From: Trypanosoma brucei
Taxonomy: Eukaryota
DNA: 64,000 nt
NCBI GenBank assembly: GCA_000002445.1
Contig: CP000069.1
Location: forward strand, 288,001-352,000
Reading direction: 5' to 3'
The notes beneath the pieces are model-generated. The model saw only the letters and a program-made list of their open reading frames with translations, did not search any database and was not told the DNA's origin. Each line of letters opens with the position of its first letter. Position 1 is the stretch's first letter. Made by a program: the position numbers and the translations under genes. This document shows, in pieces, positions 20,539 through 31,911 of the stretch.

Positions 20539-23500
20539 TAAAGACGGCTAAAGTATTAAACTGTCTGGTACACAACACGATATTTTGTGTCAATACGAAA
20601 CACCTTAGATATTAGAAGTCGAGAAGGACATCATACGAGAACTGAAGGCAGGAGAAGGTTGAAAACACAAAAACAGCCCACAATCAGACAAATACTGAGT
20701 GAACAAGGCACCATTAGCACAGTTCGTAATGTCCTTAACGTAATAGGGATGACTCCTTTGCTGACACAAACACATGGTCGAAGACAAATCATTGCACAAG
20801 ATGCGCACCCCTGGCACTGGAAAGGCGCTAGTGCAGTTACCTGGACTGGGGCTCTCTCTCTCCCCCCCAAACGAAACCAAGTTGTTGAGCAGCATCAGGT
20901 GTTGAGACTCACACACTCATTATTGTTCGGATGCTGGCACATGTCCATAATCACAAATAATAAAAAAGTTATCTGTCACCACCTTCAGAGGCCATACCTG
21001 CCGACATTTGTTTCCTCATTTTTAAAAAGTTCCCTCGACATAAAAGGAGGATTTAAGCACGGAGGTGTTGTTACAATTGGAGCCGGGGCTAGTTGCACCC
21101 GGCTCGAAAGTGATGTGACCGACAAACCTCCGACTACGGCCCTCTTATGCAAACAAAGCACCACGGGCATGGTACAAGTAGTCAAGTGAAGCTCTAACAA
21201 TAACAATCATAATAGAGTATTACTGTATCTATTTGGTTCTTCGCGAGACTCTCGGCATCACTTGCGAGCACAGAAAAACAAGCGGAAACCCATAGCATTC
21301 TCAGCATTTAACATGCTTCCAAGGGCGGATCTTTTGATGTGCATTCATTTAAATAAGAAAAGATCCCAGATCGTGCGTTCATGACACATGGTGACGTTGG
21401 CAATAGCCAGCTAAGCCGGAGGACATGGTTCATTTTTGTATTTCGACCCTTTCAACTTAAAAAAGAATTAGCACTCTATGACCGCGGCTAATCACGGCGA
21501 AAACACAAATTCATTTCATTTGATTCATTTCTTAGCGCGCTCTTCACCCATGCGCCCCCACCTCTGCGCCACTCCCATTTCGCACTATTCTTAGTGGTGT
21601 AAAGGTTGTGGGGGTGGGTCGTTCCCCAGCAACACATCCTGGGCTTACAAACAGGGTTATGGGCTAAAAATGCACTCCAGCGACCGTGTGAACCGAATCA
21701 ATTGCCCACAGCTCGCCGGAAGTTTGCAGCTTCCGACGGAACTTGCAAACGGAGAAAGCCGTCCGGACGACAACCAGTAAATATGTCACTAGGGGCGGAC
21801 AAACAAATAAGTAAAGGTTTCTACCACTTTCATTCACTTTCCACCCCTTTCCCCACCGCGTTGCTCAATCTGTCATTATATCAATATCCGGCATCACCTG
21901 CACAGCGACGAGATGTGCTCAACACCGTTACACTTGACGGATCGCAGTGACACGGGTGATTGACTCTCGAGCTCGCAGTTGGTGGCATTAGCGGCTGTCC
22001 CGCGTTATTGTTCACTAAACGGGGTCACTGATCTCCCTGACGCTCCTATCAATACGCATCAGAGGACAGCGTACATCGGCCTTCTTTTTCTTTGGAAACG
22101 GAAAAGGTAAACGAGGAAAGAACGAAGATGATAAAATCTGCGGGTTCGCAAGTGGATTTATGGAGCAGAACCAATTTGCTGACCTTCAATATTGTTCACC
22201 TCCTACAGCAAAGCGGAAACGGCATTACATCTCCTGCCTTAGCTATTCAGTGAGAGTTTGTTCCACTACTGGTGAGAGAATGGATCATTCCATTGTTCTC
22301 CCTTGTTGTGTATGATGTAGTGCGCTTATTTGTTTTTCGAGACACCCATTCAATTGATACCTTTTTAGGCGAAATAATCGTTTCAATCTTTAGCAACCTT
22401 ACTTTGATGCTTTCTCTTCCTCCCTCTTGCTATTCTTTTCGTTGCAGTCAAGTGATCACGCGGAAAATGAATCGATTGATGCAGGGCTTTTGTTTCAGTT
22501 GCAGCCGGCTTTGCCTAAGCATGGTGGCATGAACAATGGAGCGACAACACCTCTTTCACGTCGTGTGCACTTCGACCGTACATTCTCTGAACTTTCGTTG
22601 CATTTCCCCTTCTTTATCAGTGAACAATTCTCACCATACGCTTGACTGGAACATTTTGGAGGTGATAGTGTGATGTTACGCAATACACAGCCGAATCCAA
22701 ACACTCTATTAGCGTTGGGCTCGTGTTAACGGCTTCCGGTGAACGATCAGTACTATCTGAATATCACCCTCGGGAAGCTGATCGAGAGTGTTGCCATGTG
22801 CCACAGCAGTATAATATCCGTATTTCAGGCAGGTTCTTCCCCCTTTCGTTTGTGCAGGTAACGCAAAGAAGTGTTTCAACCCTCTTTCTAGAAGGTGTGT
22901 CAGAACATTTCTTTGCGTACTTGTGGTGTCGGGAGAACACGACCCGCCGGAGTTCCTCTGTATGTTTTGGAAGTGATGCCCTCCCCAGAGTGTTTTGTGC
23001 TTCCTATTCTCTTCTATACCACCACAACCGTGAAGTTGTCGATGTGCCACGCCAGGCGTAACCGCGGCATAATGTTGCTCTCGCTATTCTTTCCCTCTGT
23101 TTTTTCACTTTACCATTTATTCTGCAGAATGAAAAGCAGCGAATCGTTCCGTTGGTACTGCCTTTTTTGTTGCTAATTTTGGTGCGCATTTCTATATACG
23201 TCGCGACCCTCCCTCTCCACTACTGTGGGGCCCTTTTTTTTTGTGACAGCAATGAAAGAGACAATGGCTCGGCGAAAATTGTCGTTCTCCTTCGGCTTTT
23301 TGGTCGCTCCATTACAGTGCGGAAAACCGTTGAAAATTCGCTTTCAACTGCCATACCTTCCGCACGGCAACTGCATGTTGCTTTGCCTGTTCCAAGGAAA
23401 TAATCCATCGTTAGTTCCTCATTCCTCAGTGGTATTGAGGTTCTGGTCCTTGGTGAATCGTCCAGCATTTCCATTTCACCTATCTAAACATGCCAGTCAA

Positions 23501-26500
23501 ATTTCCTGAGTCTTATCACCTTTCTTATTCTTTGCGCTTTTCATCACCTATGGCATCTGCTTTCAGCACCCAGATGCTGCACAATCGGAGGAGGACATCC
23601 TCGCTAACAAGAGGTATTCAACTTTACGTGGTTTCTCCAATCTGTCAAAATTATCGTAACGCCCCCCCTTTTCATTGCGCTTTTACACCTGGCGTTCCTA
23701 TAGGAAAAGCTGCCTCTGCATCTGCTCAAAGAAGATGCTTTTTTACTTAGAGGGATAGGGAGGGGGCTAACACTCTCCTGAATGCAACGCCTGCTCCAGT
23801 TATGAGCGTGGCTCCTTTTTGTATGGCCTCCTCATTCGCTGCCTTTGGCAAAGCAGACATCGTGTGTGCAGCTTGCGCACGCATGCGACCACGAATATTG
23901 CGGTGTGGAGGTGACGGCAAATACTAACGGAAAATCGCGGCACAGCAAATTTCCCCATTGCGTAACACGTCAGCGATGTGACCCGATCTCAGTGATCCCT
24001 CTCTCCAACCCTGCTCTATAGGTGAGACGGCCCCAGCCGCAGTAGTCTTCGTGGTTCTTTTGTTGCCCCCTTTGTGAACTTCACTACTTCGAATGACTAA
24101 AGCACTAGGCTAATTAGCTTCGGTCACTTCCCCCTACATTTTCGTAATCCGTGTGGAGGTTATGGGCGTCGGCACGCCTGATCCCAAGGCACACAAATCT
24201 CTTTTCCTCAGTTAATACGTCCAAATAGTGTTGCGTTAAGCACTGGGTGACACACCCTACTCGTTACTCTTGCATATCGTCGACATTTTCCAGATCCATG
24301 TCATTGGGCGTGGTCGTGGGATCCTCTGAAAAGAGCCTACCGCGAAACTCCGAAATGCTACCTCGTCTTCTGTTGAGGGATTACACCCCAACCGTGTATA
24401 AGATTGGCATCTGAGCCAACCCTTGCGATGTTCTGCAGGTTACGGATACAGTTTCTAACCACGTGTCGCCAATCTCCACTTGGGGTCTTGAAGTGAACAA
24501 CAACTGTCGCATCCACTTCGTCGGCTGGAAATATATTTTCCAGCGATCTAGCGCCAAAATCATACGTGCATGCTCTACCGGGCTCAATGTTATCAGATAG
24601 CTCAGAAACATCACTACCGCCTCCCCTCCTCCTTGCCCGCCGGCTTATTACACCAAGCGGCTGTGCCATAGCACTCGTTGATGGGCACTTGAAGCCCTGG
24701 CCGCTGTGGCTAAGGTGAGGCGTCCCGTTTATTCTTCAGTTTCTCAGTGTCTTTCTTTCCATTAGCTTGCAGGGGCCGCCTGTTACGGTCACTGGCCGCG
24801 GTCGCGCCACCTATGTCGCAGCCTTGTTTGTCTCCAAGGTCGGTGTTAAAATGCCCTTCCCTCCGCCGTTTCGCCATGGCGTTGGGCCCAGCGCACCAGT
24901 TATTATTTCCAGGGAGGTCCTGTCCCTCTTTCCGCTCGAGATCCTGCAATTTATCTCCATGCTTATGATCCGCCCCCGGTGCCGCCCCTTTAGCAAATTC
25001 ACTTACAGCTGACTTTCGTTTAGCTCGCGATGAGAGGGCATGACCGTGCGGTTGTTTGCTGGCGGCGATCCGCTATTTGGGGGGTGGGGGCGGATCGGCC
25101 TCTCTGTGGGATTCTTGGAGAGTAGCTCTGTGGGTACGCTCGCCTCCACTCCGCTCGTTGTTTCTCCTTTTCGGTAGGCGTTGACTGGTCGCCGGTACCC
25201 GCGTGCGCGGCGCGTCTCCGCTCCGGACTCACCCTGGTCAAGCGAATTGACACCGTTTCGAGTGCTGTTGGGGGTTAGGTGCCCAGAGGGCCGTTACCGC
25301 CCTTTGGCGGGTGTGGCGGGGTCGCTTCAGCTTCCTTACGGGCTCGGAGCAGTGCCGTTGCCGAGCGGTACGCTTGTACGCATTCTGCGGGGTGGTAAAA
25401 CCCTTTGTTTTCATTGCATATTGGCCCATGATCACGAGGGTTGATGGTTGTAGCAAAGGGACGGTGCAATTTAAGCGCGCGCGCAGGGGGACCATATATC
25501 AAAACATATCTGTGAGTTTAAACGACTTCACAAGTGCTGCTCCTAGTGATTTTTTAAGTACCTGGGGAAGTATTTGGGTCCTCGAGCCGGTAAGTGTGTT
25601 GGGTTGCTCCCCCTACTGTGTGGTTCTTGATCCCCTAGTGGTGCGGATAAATGGACGCCTGACTAGAGAGACCGGCCGTAGCGTTGTCGTTCTTTTGACT
25701 TTCTTTAGATCTGACAAGATGCCACTTGTTCAGTTGGGTGCGCTGACTGTTTGACTTCTGCCTCACGGCCCCAACAATCCCTGTGACAGTTAGAAAAAAA
25801 AACTGAGGAAATCTTATGCGAGACATGATGTCGGGACGATCATTCATTACCGATTACCGACTCAGTAGCATTGCCGTGTCGGTATATCGGACAACTTTAC
25901 CGAATCAACCCTCTGTACGAAAACTAAAGACCCAATAAATCACCTATCTTGCAAATCCGTGACGTTCGTCGTTTAGATATTTAATACTTCTCGTTACTAA
26001 ACACGACACTCTTAGGACTGCAGAAGCATAACATTTTACATAAAAGCCAACAGCCCCCCCCAAAAAAAAAAATTAAATTGAAGTCGTTGCCCTAGCAAAA
26101 GGCGAAAACAATGCCAAACTCTAAGAAACTTGCAGATATAAATATATTTATGAGATTTTAGGATGAAACGGGACAAACCAAAGGAGGGGGAAACAAATCA
26201 AGTTAAATCAGAAGGAAAAAAAAACGAACAAGCTCCACCACTCCGATGGTGAGAATTTATTTCTCTTTCCCAACTTCCATCTCTTTTTTCTTTGCTTTTT
26301 TTTCTTTTTTTTTCCTCCAACAAAGACAAGTAATGTGCTTACGGCCTGTTTTTTTCATTTTTCTCTTTTCAATTGTTTTTTTTTCATTTATTGCTATTCT
26401 CTCATCCCGGCCGTATATTTCCCCCCTCCATTCGTCGTTATGCGACACCGAACGCATCACCCCTTTTATTCCTTTTCTTTTTTTTTTTAGAGAGTTTTCT

Positions 26501-27272
26501 TGTTTTTATTATTTTGTTTTGGTTTCGATGTCTGATGTTTTGTGTTCATTTGTTTTGTTCTTCCCATTTGTTGCGTTTCATATATATATATATGTACATG
26601 TAACTGCGTGTGTTTGTGTGTTTGTGATTATTACGCCTGCTTTTGTTGATATTAAAGTTTCTAATTTTTTTCTTTTTAATCCACTAACTTTTTCAATAAT
26701 TCACAGAAGGAAGAAAAACAGAAGCAGAAAATAAAAAGAAAAAAGAAAAGAAAAGAGATGGCGACCTGATAATAGTAATAAAAGTAATGAATGGTGTTAA
26801 AAAGAGAATGAATTAAAAAACGGGGCTAAACAGACACGAATATTTCAGCAAGAAAAATGAAGGAAATATATCATTATATGTGTCCAATATTTTCGCACAT
26901 ATGTTTGTGCTTTCTTTTATATTTTTGTGTTTATATCTGCTGTTTTTGTGTGCCTTTGTTGATTGGAAGATCAAAAGGAAAAAAAAGGAGGAAGGGAGGA
27001 GAATTGGGGTTGTTTGGGGGGGGGCATCTTCAGGAAAGAATATATATATATTAATATTAATATTAATATGTGTGTGTATTTGTGCGTTGGGGTGTTTGTA
27101 TTGGAAGAGGCATGCAAAAGCAGCGCAAGTCCTTCCACACTCATTCGTCCAAATTTTCCTTTTTCTTTTTCTTTTCCTTTTAAATTGTTTGTTCCGGTTT
27201 ATATTTCTTTAAATATATAAAAGTTAGGGGTTTCGTTGTTGTTCTACGCGTTGCCATTTAACGTTGCTACGT
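20539..27272. promoter_or_regulatory. Divergent strand-switch region. It is the presumed bidirectional Pol II transcription start zone for the minus PTU (genes at 3832-20538) and the plus PTU (cyclase array).
   Basis: Gene strand flips from minus (ORFs up to 20538) to plus (from 28005). No credible CDS lies between. Only GC-rich both-strand overlapping ORFs occur here. Polypyrimidine tracts face outward on each strand. Confidence 0.6.
26135..27232 (+). repeat. Right copy of the roughly 1.1-kb inverted duplication. It ends about 40 bp before the first unit of the cyclase array.
   Basis: See the 2237-3315 feature. Boundaries were estimated by eye from where the reverse-complement alignment decays at each end. 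The 3315 end lies immediately beside the (TA)n tract at 3318-3338. Confidence 0.85.
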
Positions 27273-27667
27273 TATTTTCTTACATATCAAATCTTCCAGT
27301 GGTAATTCTTCCCTTGTATGCCAACAGGAGTGCGTAGACCTGCATTATCTTTTAAAAAATACATATTACCTTCTTACGTGTTAACTTTGTGAAACATAAC
27401 CTATGCGACATGATCTTTTCGAATGGTGGATATGCAAATGACTCTGCCCCAATGCCATGTGTCATGCTGTCCAGCACTCAGTGTTGGTGGTGACTTTATG
27501 AGCACCGCTTTAACTATTGTTTGGCAGTGCATTCCTTGTTTTTATGAAGTCAGGTTGATGCGCAGTGGTTGTCGTTATTTCTTTCCCTCATATATATACG
27601 CATGTGCATATTTCAGTATTTAAATACGTATGCTTACCTTGTTTGAGGTTCTATCATATTTGAAAAA

Positions 27668-27712
27668 CATTTTTTTATTTTTGTTTTGTCTACCTCACTT
27701 TGATGCTATATT
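27668..27712 (+). promoter_or_regulatory. Polypyrimidine tract with downstream AG, a candidate trans-splicing acceptor signal for adenylate cyclase copy 1. It is reiterated in every spacer.
   Basis: A T/C-rich run, atttttttatttttgttttgtctacctcactttg, lies about 300 nt upstream of the ORF. This is established trypanosomatid mRNA-processing logic. Confidence 0.5.
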
Positions 27713-28004
27713 TATCCACTACGGCACAGCAGGTGGCACCTTCCTCACACAGTCCCATGGAGGTTTATTTGCGATTGCCCAGGAAGTGGAACAGGAGGGG
27801 GAATATGGGAGTTAGGCGATGCGTCACAATTGCACTTTGCCGCTCTTACGGTGAGTTAACCGAATATTCTTTCGTGTGTGAACCGTAGTATTTCCACCCT
27901 CCCAGGGTTGAGGGTTTAATATTTTGATTATGTCGCGATTGGTGACTTTCTATTTCTGTCCAATACGTCGCCGGGCATGATCTGCATATGTATTAAGCGC
28001 GCCG

Positions 28005-31000
28005 ATGCCACTTTACTGGTTTCTATTTTCCCTCTTCGATATTCTTCTCGAAGACACAAGATTTCACATACGAATAATACCACACATTCCCGAAAATATG
28101 TGCCGGCAGGAAGGTGGCGGCAGAGGATGTGTGTACCCTCATGGAAACTGCAGGCGGAACCTTACCGCAAGGAGCCCTGCAGGGCGTTACAGCATGTACA
28201 AGCACTCACCTGTCATTACTGCTATGTCACTGCTACACTTGTTGCCTTTGCTACTCATGTGGATGCCACCTGTGTGCGCGGATGACAGTGCTGTGACGGT
28301 AAATGTGCTATCCATGATGTACAATTCGGAATATTACGTTGAGAAAGTGAACGCCATCAATGCCGGCTTTGACGCATCACTGAGTGCCCACGGTTGGAAG
28401 ACGGGCTCCGGTGCGACAATATCTGTCATCCGTCCCCCATCGTACAACACCACAGCTGAGGACATATTTCAGCTGGGGGCGAAACAAAGTGAAGGGAAGT
28501 TATTAGTTGTATTTGGGCCCCTGGGTACTGACCCTGTCGTTTGGGTTCGTGATAAACTAAAGGAAAATGATCTTGTTGCCATCGCTCCTATTGCGTACTC
28601 CAGTGAGGTCCGTGGTTGGAACCCTCACCTCTATTCAATAAGTGTCGAACCCAATGCTGAGCTCCTCGCCCTCATTCGATACGCTGTTGTTTATCTGGGT
28701 CTGCCGCGTGTAGGTTTGATGTATGCGAAGGGTAATGGGTTTGACAAGGAGTCATATGAGTTTACCATGCGAATAATGGAAATGATGGGCCGCAAGCCAT
28801 GTGGAGTGTTCGCTGTGGAGAGCAGTGGGGGTCGGGACGTCTTGGAGGGTGAATTGAATACCAAGTGGGGGCAATTTGTTGCTGCACGTCCGCAGGCTGT
28901 ACTGCTATTTTCATCGCTAGAGGAAGAAACCACCGGGTGGTTTGTCAAGAAGATAGCACAGGACAACCGCACTATGGACATGTACCTGCTCGCCCCTTCC
29001 AGTTTTCAACATTTTCTGATCAAAACATGGAGCGATGCGCTGGTGTCACTTAATCGTACGTTCACTCCTGGACAGCTGATCACAACTGGAACAGTGCCAC
29101 TCGCTAGTGACAATCGGTCCTCGATGGTTCGGCACTTCCAGCGTGACATGGACAATTACCTGGATACAAACAGTGACTGGAAGGGCTTTGCGAAACCTGA
29201 ACATTACCTTAAGGACGACAAATTAGGGGAGATGATGGTGTTTGGATGGCTTGCGGGAGAAGTTCTGTTTGAGGCCCTAAACAACGCTCCACAACTGACA
29301 AACCGTACTTCATTCATGGAATCTCTGTACAAGCAGCGTCGCTACGTGATTGATGACTTTGTGGTTGGTGACTTTGGTGGTGAGTGCGATGAGGGCGCTG
29401 CATTACAGGGTGCCATGTGTAATTGCAATCAAGGTGGCAGCATGGCGCATATGAGAGTTGTTGATGACAGCCTCAGTTTGAAGCCTATGAAAAAAGGCTC
29501 TGTGACGTGGAGTGTATCGGAGTGCTCAAGTGCTAATGTGCAGGTGAGCGCACCGTTAATCGGACTGTATGTAGTCCTTACGGATGATAAAGTTGCACAA
29601 CGTGCGAGCATGAGGTGGTCGTTGGGCGCTCGGAGCCTCGAGGAAGCGGATGATGTTGATAAGAGAATATTTTTCCATTCCTTAAAGGTTAATTTAAAAA
29701 ATTTAACGCAATCACTTGAACAAGTAAGGGACACGAAGGCTGTAGCTGCAGTTCTTGGTGTTGTTACCGCTGATATTCTGAGCGTGCCGAATATGACTTT
29801 CATTGGCCCTATTCCATTGTTCCCCCGGTTGAACAAGTTCTGGAGAAACGTGATCCATCTGCAACCGCTACTTGCGCAGCAGCTATATGTGCTTGCTGTA
29901 TACCTCTCCAACACCTCTTCCTTGGGAGTGAAGGCGCTTGTTCGCGGGAGTGAAGCATCTGAGGTTGTAGACACGCTTGATAAGTCATTGGTTACGTTTG
30001 GTGTGTCGCTTGATTCCAGTAAGACACTTGGTGATGGTGACCCGATATCGTCATATCTCTCGGGTAATGGAGATGTGTTTTGTATTGGACTCACTCCCCC
30101 TGACGTTGCTGCGGTTGCGCGGCACCTTCAGACCCACCTCAGGGCACGTGTATTCGTTCCATTCAATGACATTTTGTTGTTTTACCAGGAGTTTGTGGCT
30201 GCATTTAATGCGAGTAAAGAGTCTATTGCCAGCTCAGAGCGGCTCCTATTCGCGACGAGTTTCCCACACTGGGCAAAGAAGAACACGAAATCAGATATGG
30301 TTGCGAGATTTCATCGCCATGTAAATGAATCGCATTGGGATCCACTAACGTTCCTGGGCTTTGCTACCACTCGGCTGCTTCAGGTTGTTATCTCCAATAT
30401 GAAGAAAGTGAATGCAGAGCTGCTGGCAGACCGCATTTACACGGAGTCCAACATCAGAGTGGATGACGTGCGATTTGGACCCTTCAGTGATGCGGAATGT
30501 GTTTCTGGTACGAGTGTTTCGGCAAATGAGTGTGCCTCAAACTTTGGAGCCACAAACATTTCTGTATGGTCGATGGCGCGTGTGCTGAATTCAAGCTTGC
30601 CCAGGACACAGGTTGGGATGACACCGTCTATGGACTATGTTATTCCGCAAGAGGGTCAACTCACACAGTCACAGATAGCTGGAATAATTTCTGGGTGTGT
30701 ATCCGCCTTGTTATTATTTATTGCCCTTGGTGTGTTCCTACACATCTCCCTGCGGAACGCTCGTAACAACAACCGTGCACCCAAGGAGCCAACGGACCCC
30801 GTGACACTAATATTTACTGACATTGAGAGCAGCACTGCGTTGTGGGCTGCACACCCTGATCTGATGCCCGATGCCGTCGCCGCGCATCATCGTATGGTCC
30901 GTTCACTGATTGGGAGGTATAAGTGCTACGAAGTTAAAACTGTTGGGGATTCGTTCATGATAGCGAGTAAGAGTCCTTTCGCTGCCGTCCAACTCGCACA

Positions 31001-31829
31001 GGAATTACAGCTGTGTTTCTTGCATCATGACTGGGGAACAAATGCAGTTGATGATTCTTACCGTGAGTTTGAGGAGCAGCGTGCGGAGGGAGAATGTGAG
31101 TACACACCACCAACCGCGCATATGGATCCTGAAGTGTACAGTCGTTTGTGGAATGGCCTGCGTGTACGTGTTGGAATCCACACCGGGTTGTGCGACATCC
31201 GACACGATGAAGTGACGAAGGGATATGACTACTATGGGCGGACTCCAAACATGGCAGCAAGGACGGAGAGTGTAGCAAATGGTGGTCAGGTGCTGATGAC
31301 GCATGCGGCGTACATGTCGCTGTCAGCTGAGGATCGTAAGCAAATTGATGTCACTGCACTTGGTGCTGTCGCACTTCGCGGTGTGAGTGATCCGGTTAAG
31401 ATGTACCAGCTGAATACCGTGCCTAGTCGTAACTTTGCTGCATTGCGGCTGGACCGCGAATACTTTTTTGATGAGGGCGAGGATGGCACGACAACCTCCA
31501 CAAGCGACCACAGTTCTTCACGTGCGGAGCTGAGTGAATCAGCTCAGATAATTGCAACTGCACTACAGTCGCTGTTAAGCACGTTCAAGACAGCGCATCG
31601 TGAGAAGTTGTTGCTGCCGTATTGTGAGCGTTGGCGTGTGCCTCTTCCCCGTAAAGCTGCATCCGAGTGGGATGACGCCTACTGTGAGGAAGTGGTGCGT
31701 CGCATTGCAGTTAAGGTTGGGCGTGTCGCTGACCATGGCGCTCATAGTGGAAGTGAGTCTTCAAGTACGCAAGGCAGTTCATCAATTATTATCGTCCCCT
31801 TTTACGACATGCACCTTCAGGAATACTAA
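28005..31829 (+). CDS. GRESAG4: Receptor-type adenylate cyclase, GRESAG4/ESAG4 family, copy 1. The true start is probably Met at 28194 or 28224, just before the signal peptide MSLLHLLPLLLMWMPPVCA.
   Basis: The architecture is signal peptide, a large ectodomain, a single TM segment IAGIISGCVSALLLFIALGVFL, and a class III cyclase catalytic domain. The catalytic motifs are LIFTDIESST, KTVGDSFMIAS, RVGIHTG and DYYGRTPNMAAR. Confidence 0.9.
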   Translation: MPLYWFLFSLFDILLEDTRFHIRIIPHIPENMCRQEGGGRGCVYPHGNCRRNLTARSPAGRYSMYKHSPVITAMSLLHLLPLLLMWMPPVCADDSAVTVNVLSMMYNSEYYVEKVNAINAGFDASLSAHGWKTGSGATISVIRPPSYNTTAEDIFQLGAKQSEGKLLVVFGPLGTDPVVWVRDKLKENDLVAIAPIAYSSEVRGWNPHLYSISVEPNAELLALIRYAVVYLGLPRVGLMYAKGNGFDKESYEFTMRIMEMMGRKPCGVFAVESSGGRDVLEGELNTKWGQFVAARPQAVLLFSSLEEETTGWFVKKIAQDNRTMDMYLLAPSSFQHFLIKTWSDALVSLNRTFTPGQLITTGTVPLASDNRSSMVRHFQRDMDNYLDTNSDWKGFAKPEHYLKDDKLGEMMVFGWLAGEVLFEALNNAPQLTNRTSFMESLYKQRRYVIDDFVVGDFGGECDEGAALQGAMCNCNQGGSMAHMRVVDDSLSLKPMKKGSVTWSVSECSSANVQVSAPLIGLYVVLTDDKVAQRASMRWSLGARSLEEADDVDKRIFFHSLKVNLKNLTQSLEQVRDTKAVAAVLGVVTADILSVPNMTFIGPIPLFPRLNKFWRNVIHLQPLLAQQLYVLAVYLSNTSSLGVKALVRGSEASEVVDTLDKSLVTFGVSLDSSKTLGDGDPISSYLSGNGDVFCIGLTPPDVAAVARHLQTHLRARVFVPFNDILLFYQEFVAAFNASKESIASSERLLFATSFPHWAKKNTKSDMVARFHRHVNESHWDPLTFLGFATTRLLQVVISNMKKVNAELLADRIYTESNIRVDDVRFGPFSDAECVSGTSVSANECASNFGATNISVWSMARVLNSSLPRTQVGMTPSMDYVIPQEGQLTQSQIAGIISGCVSALLLFIALGVFLHISLRNARNNNRAPKEPTDPVTLIFTDIESSTALWAAHPDLMPDAVAAHHRMVRSLIGRYKCYEVKTVGDSFMIASKSPFAAVQLAQELQLCFLHHDWGTNAVDDSYREFEEQRAEGECEYTPPTAHMDPEVYSRLWNGLRVRVGIHTGLCDIRHDEVTKGYDYYGRTPNMAARTESVANGGQVLMTHAAYMSLSAEDRKQIDVTALGAVALRGVSDPVKMYQLNTVPSRNFAALRLDREYFFDEGEDGTTTSTSDHSSSRAELSESAQIIATALQSLLSTFKTAHREKLLLPYCERWRVPLPRKAASEWDDAYCEEVVRRIAVKVGRVADHGAHSGSESSSTQGSSSIIIVPFYDMHLQEY

Positions 31830-31911
31830 CCTTGTCATTGATGATATTCGTAGAGTAGCAGTAACATACCGGATTTCTGTTGGGTCGCCATTATTACGAT
31901 GAAGCCGTTGC

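Noticed and set aside
20587-21189. A 200-aa plus-strand ORF at the edge of the divergent SSR.
   Set aside because: It is Arg/Thr/Gln-rich with random-looking composition, and its purine-rich 5' context is inappropriate. It overlaps the polypyrimidine (minus-strand) processing region of the phosphatase gene.
29429-30094. Minus-strand ORFs of 140-220 aa lying inside every adenylate cyclase gene, for example 29429..30094, 34434..34853, 43696..44361 and 48701..49120.
   Set aside because: They are antisense to a strongly supported CDS in GC-rich coding DNA and have no motif. They look like copies only because the sense gene is tandemly repeated. They also lose their reading frame between copies.
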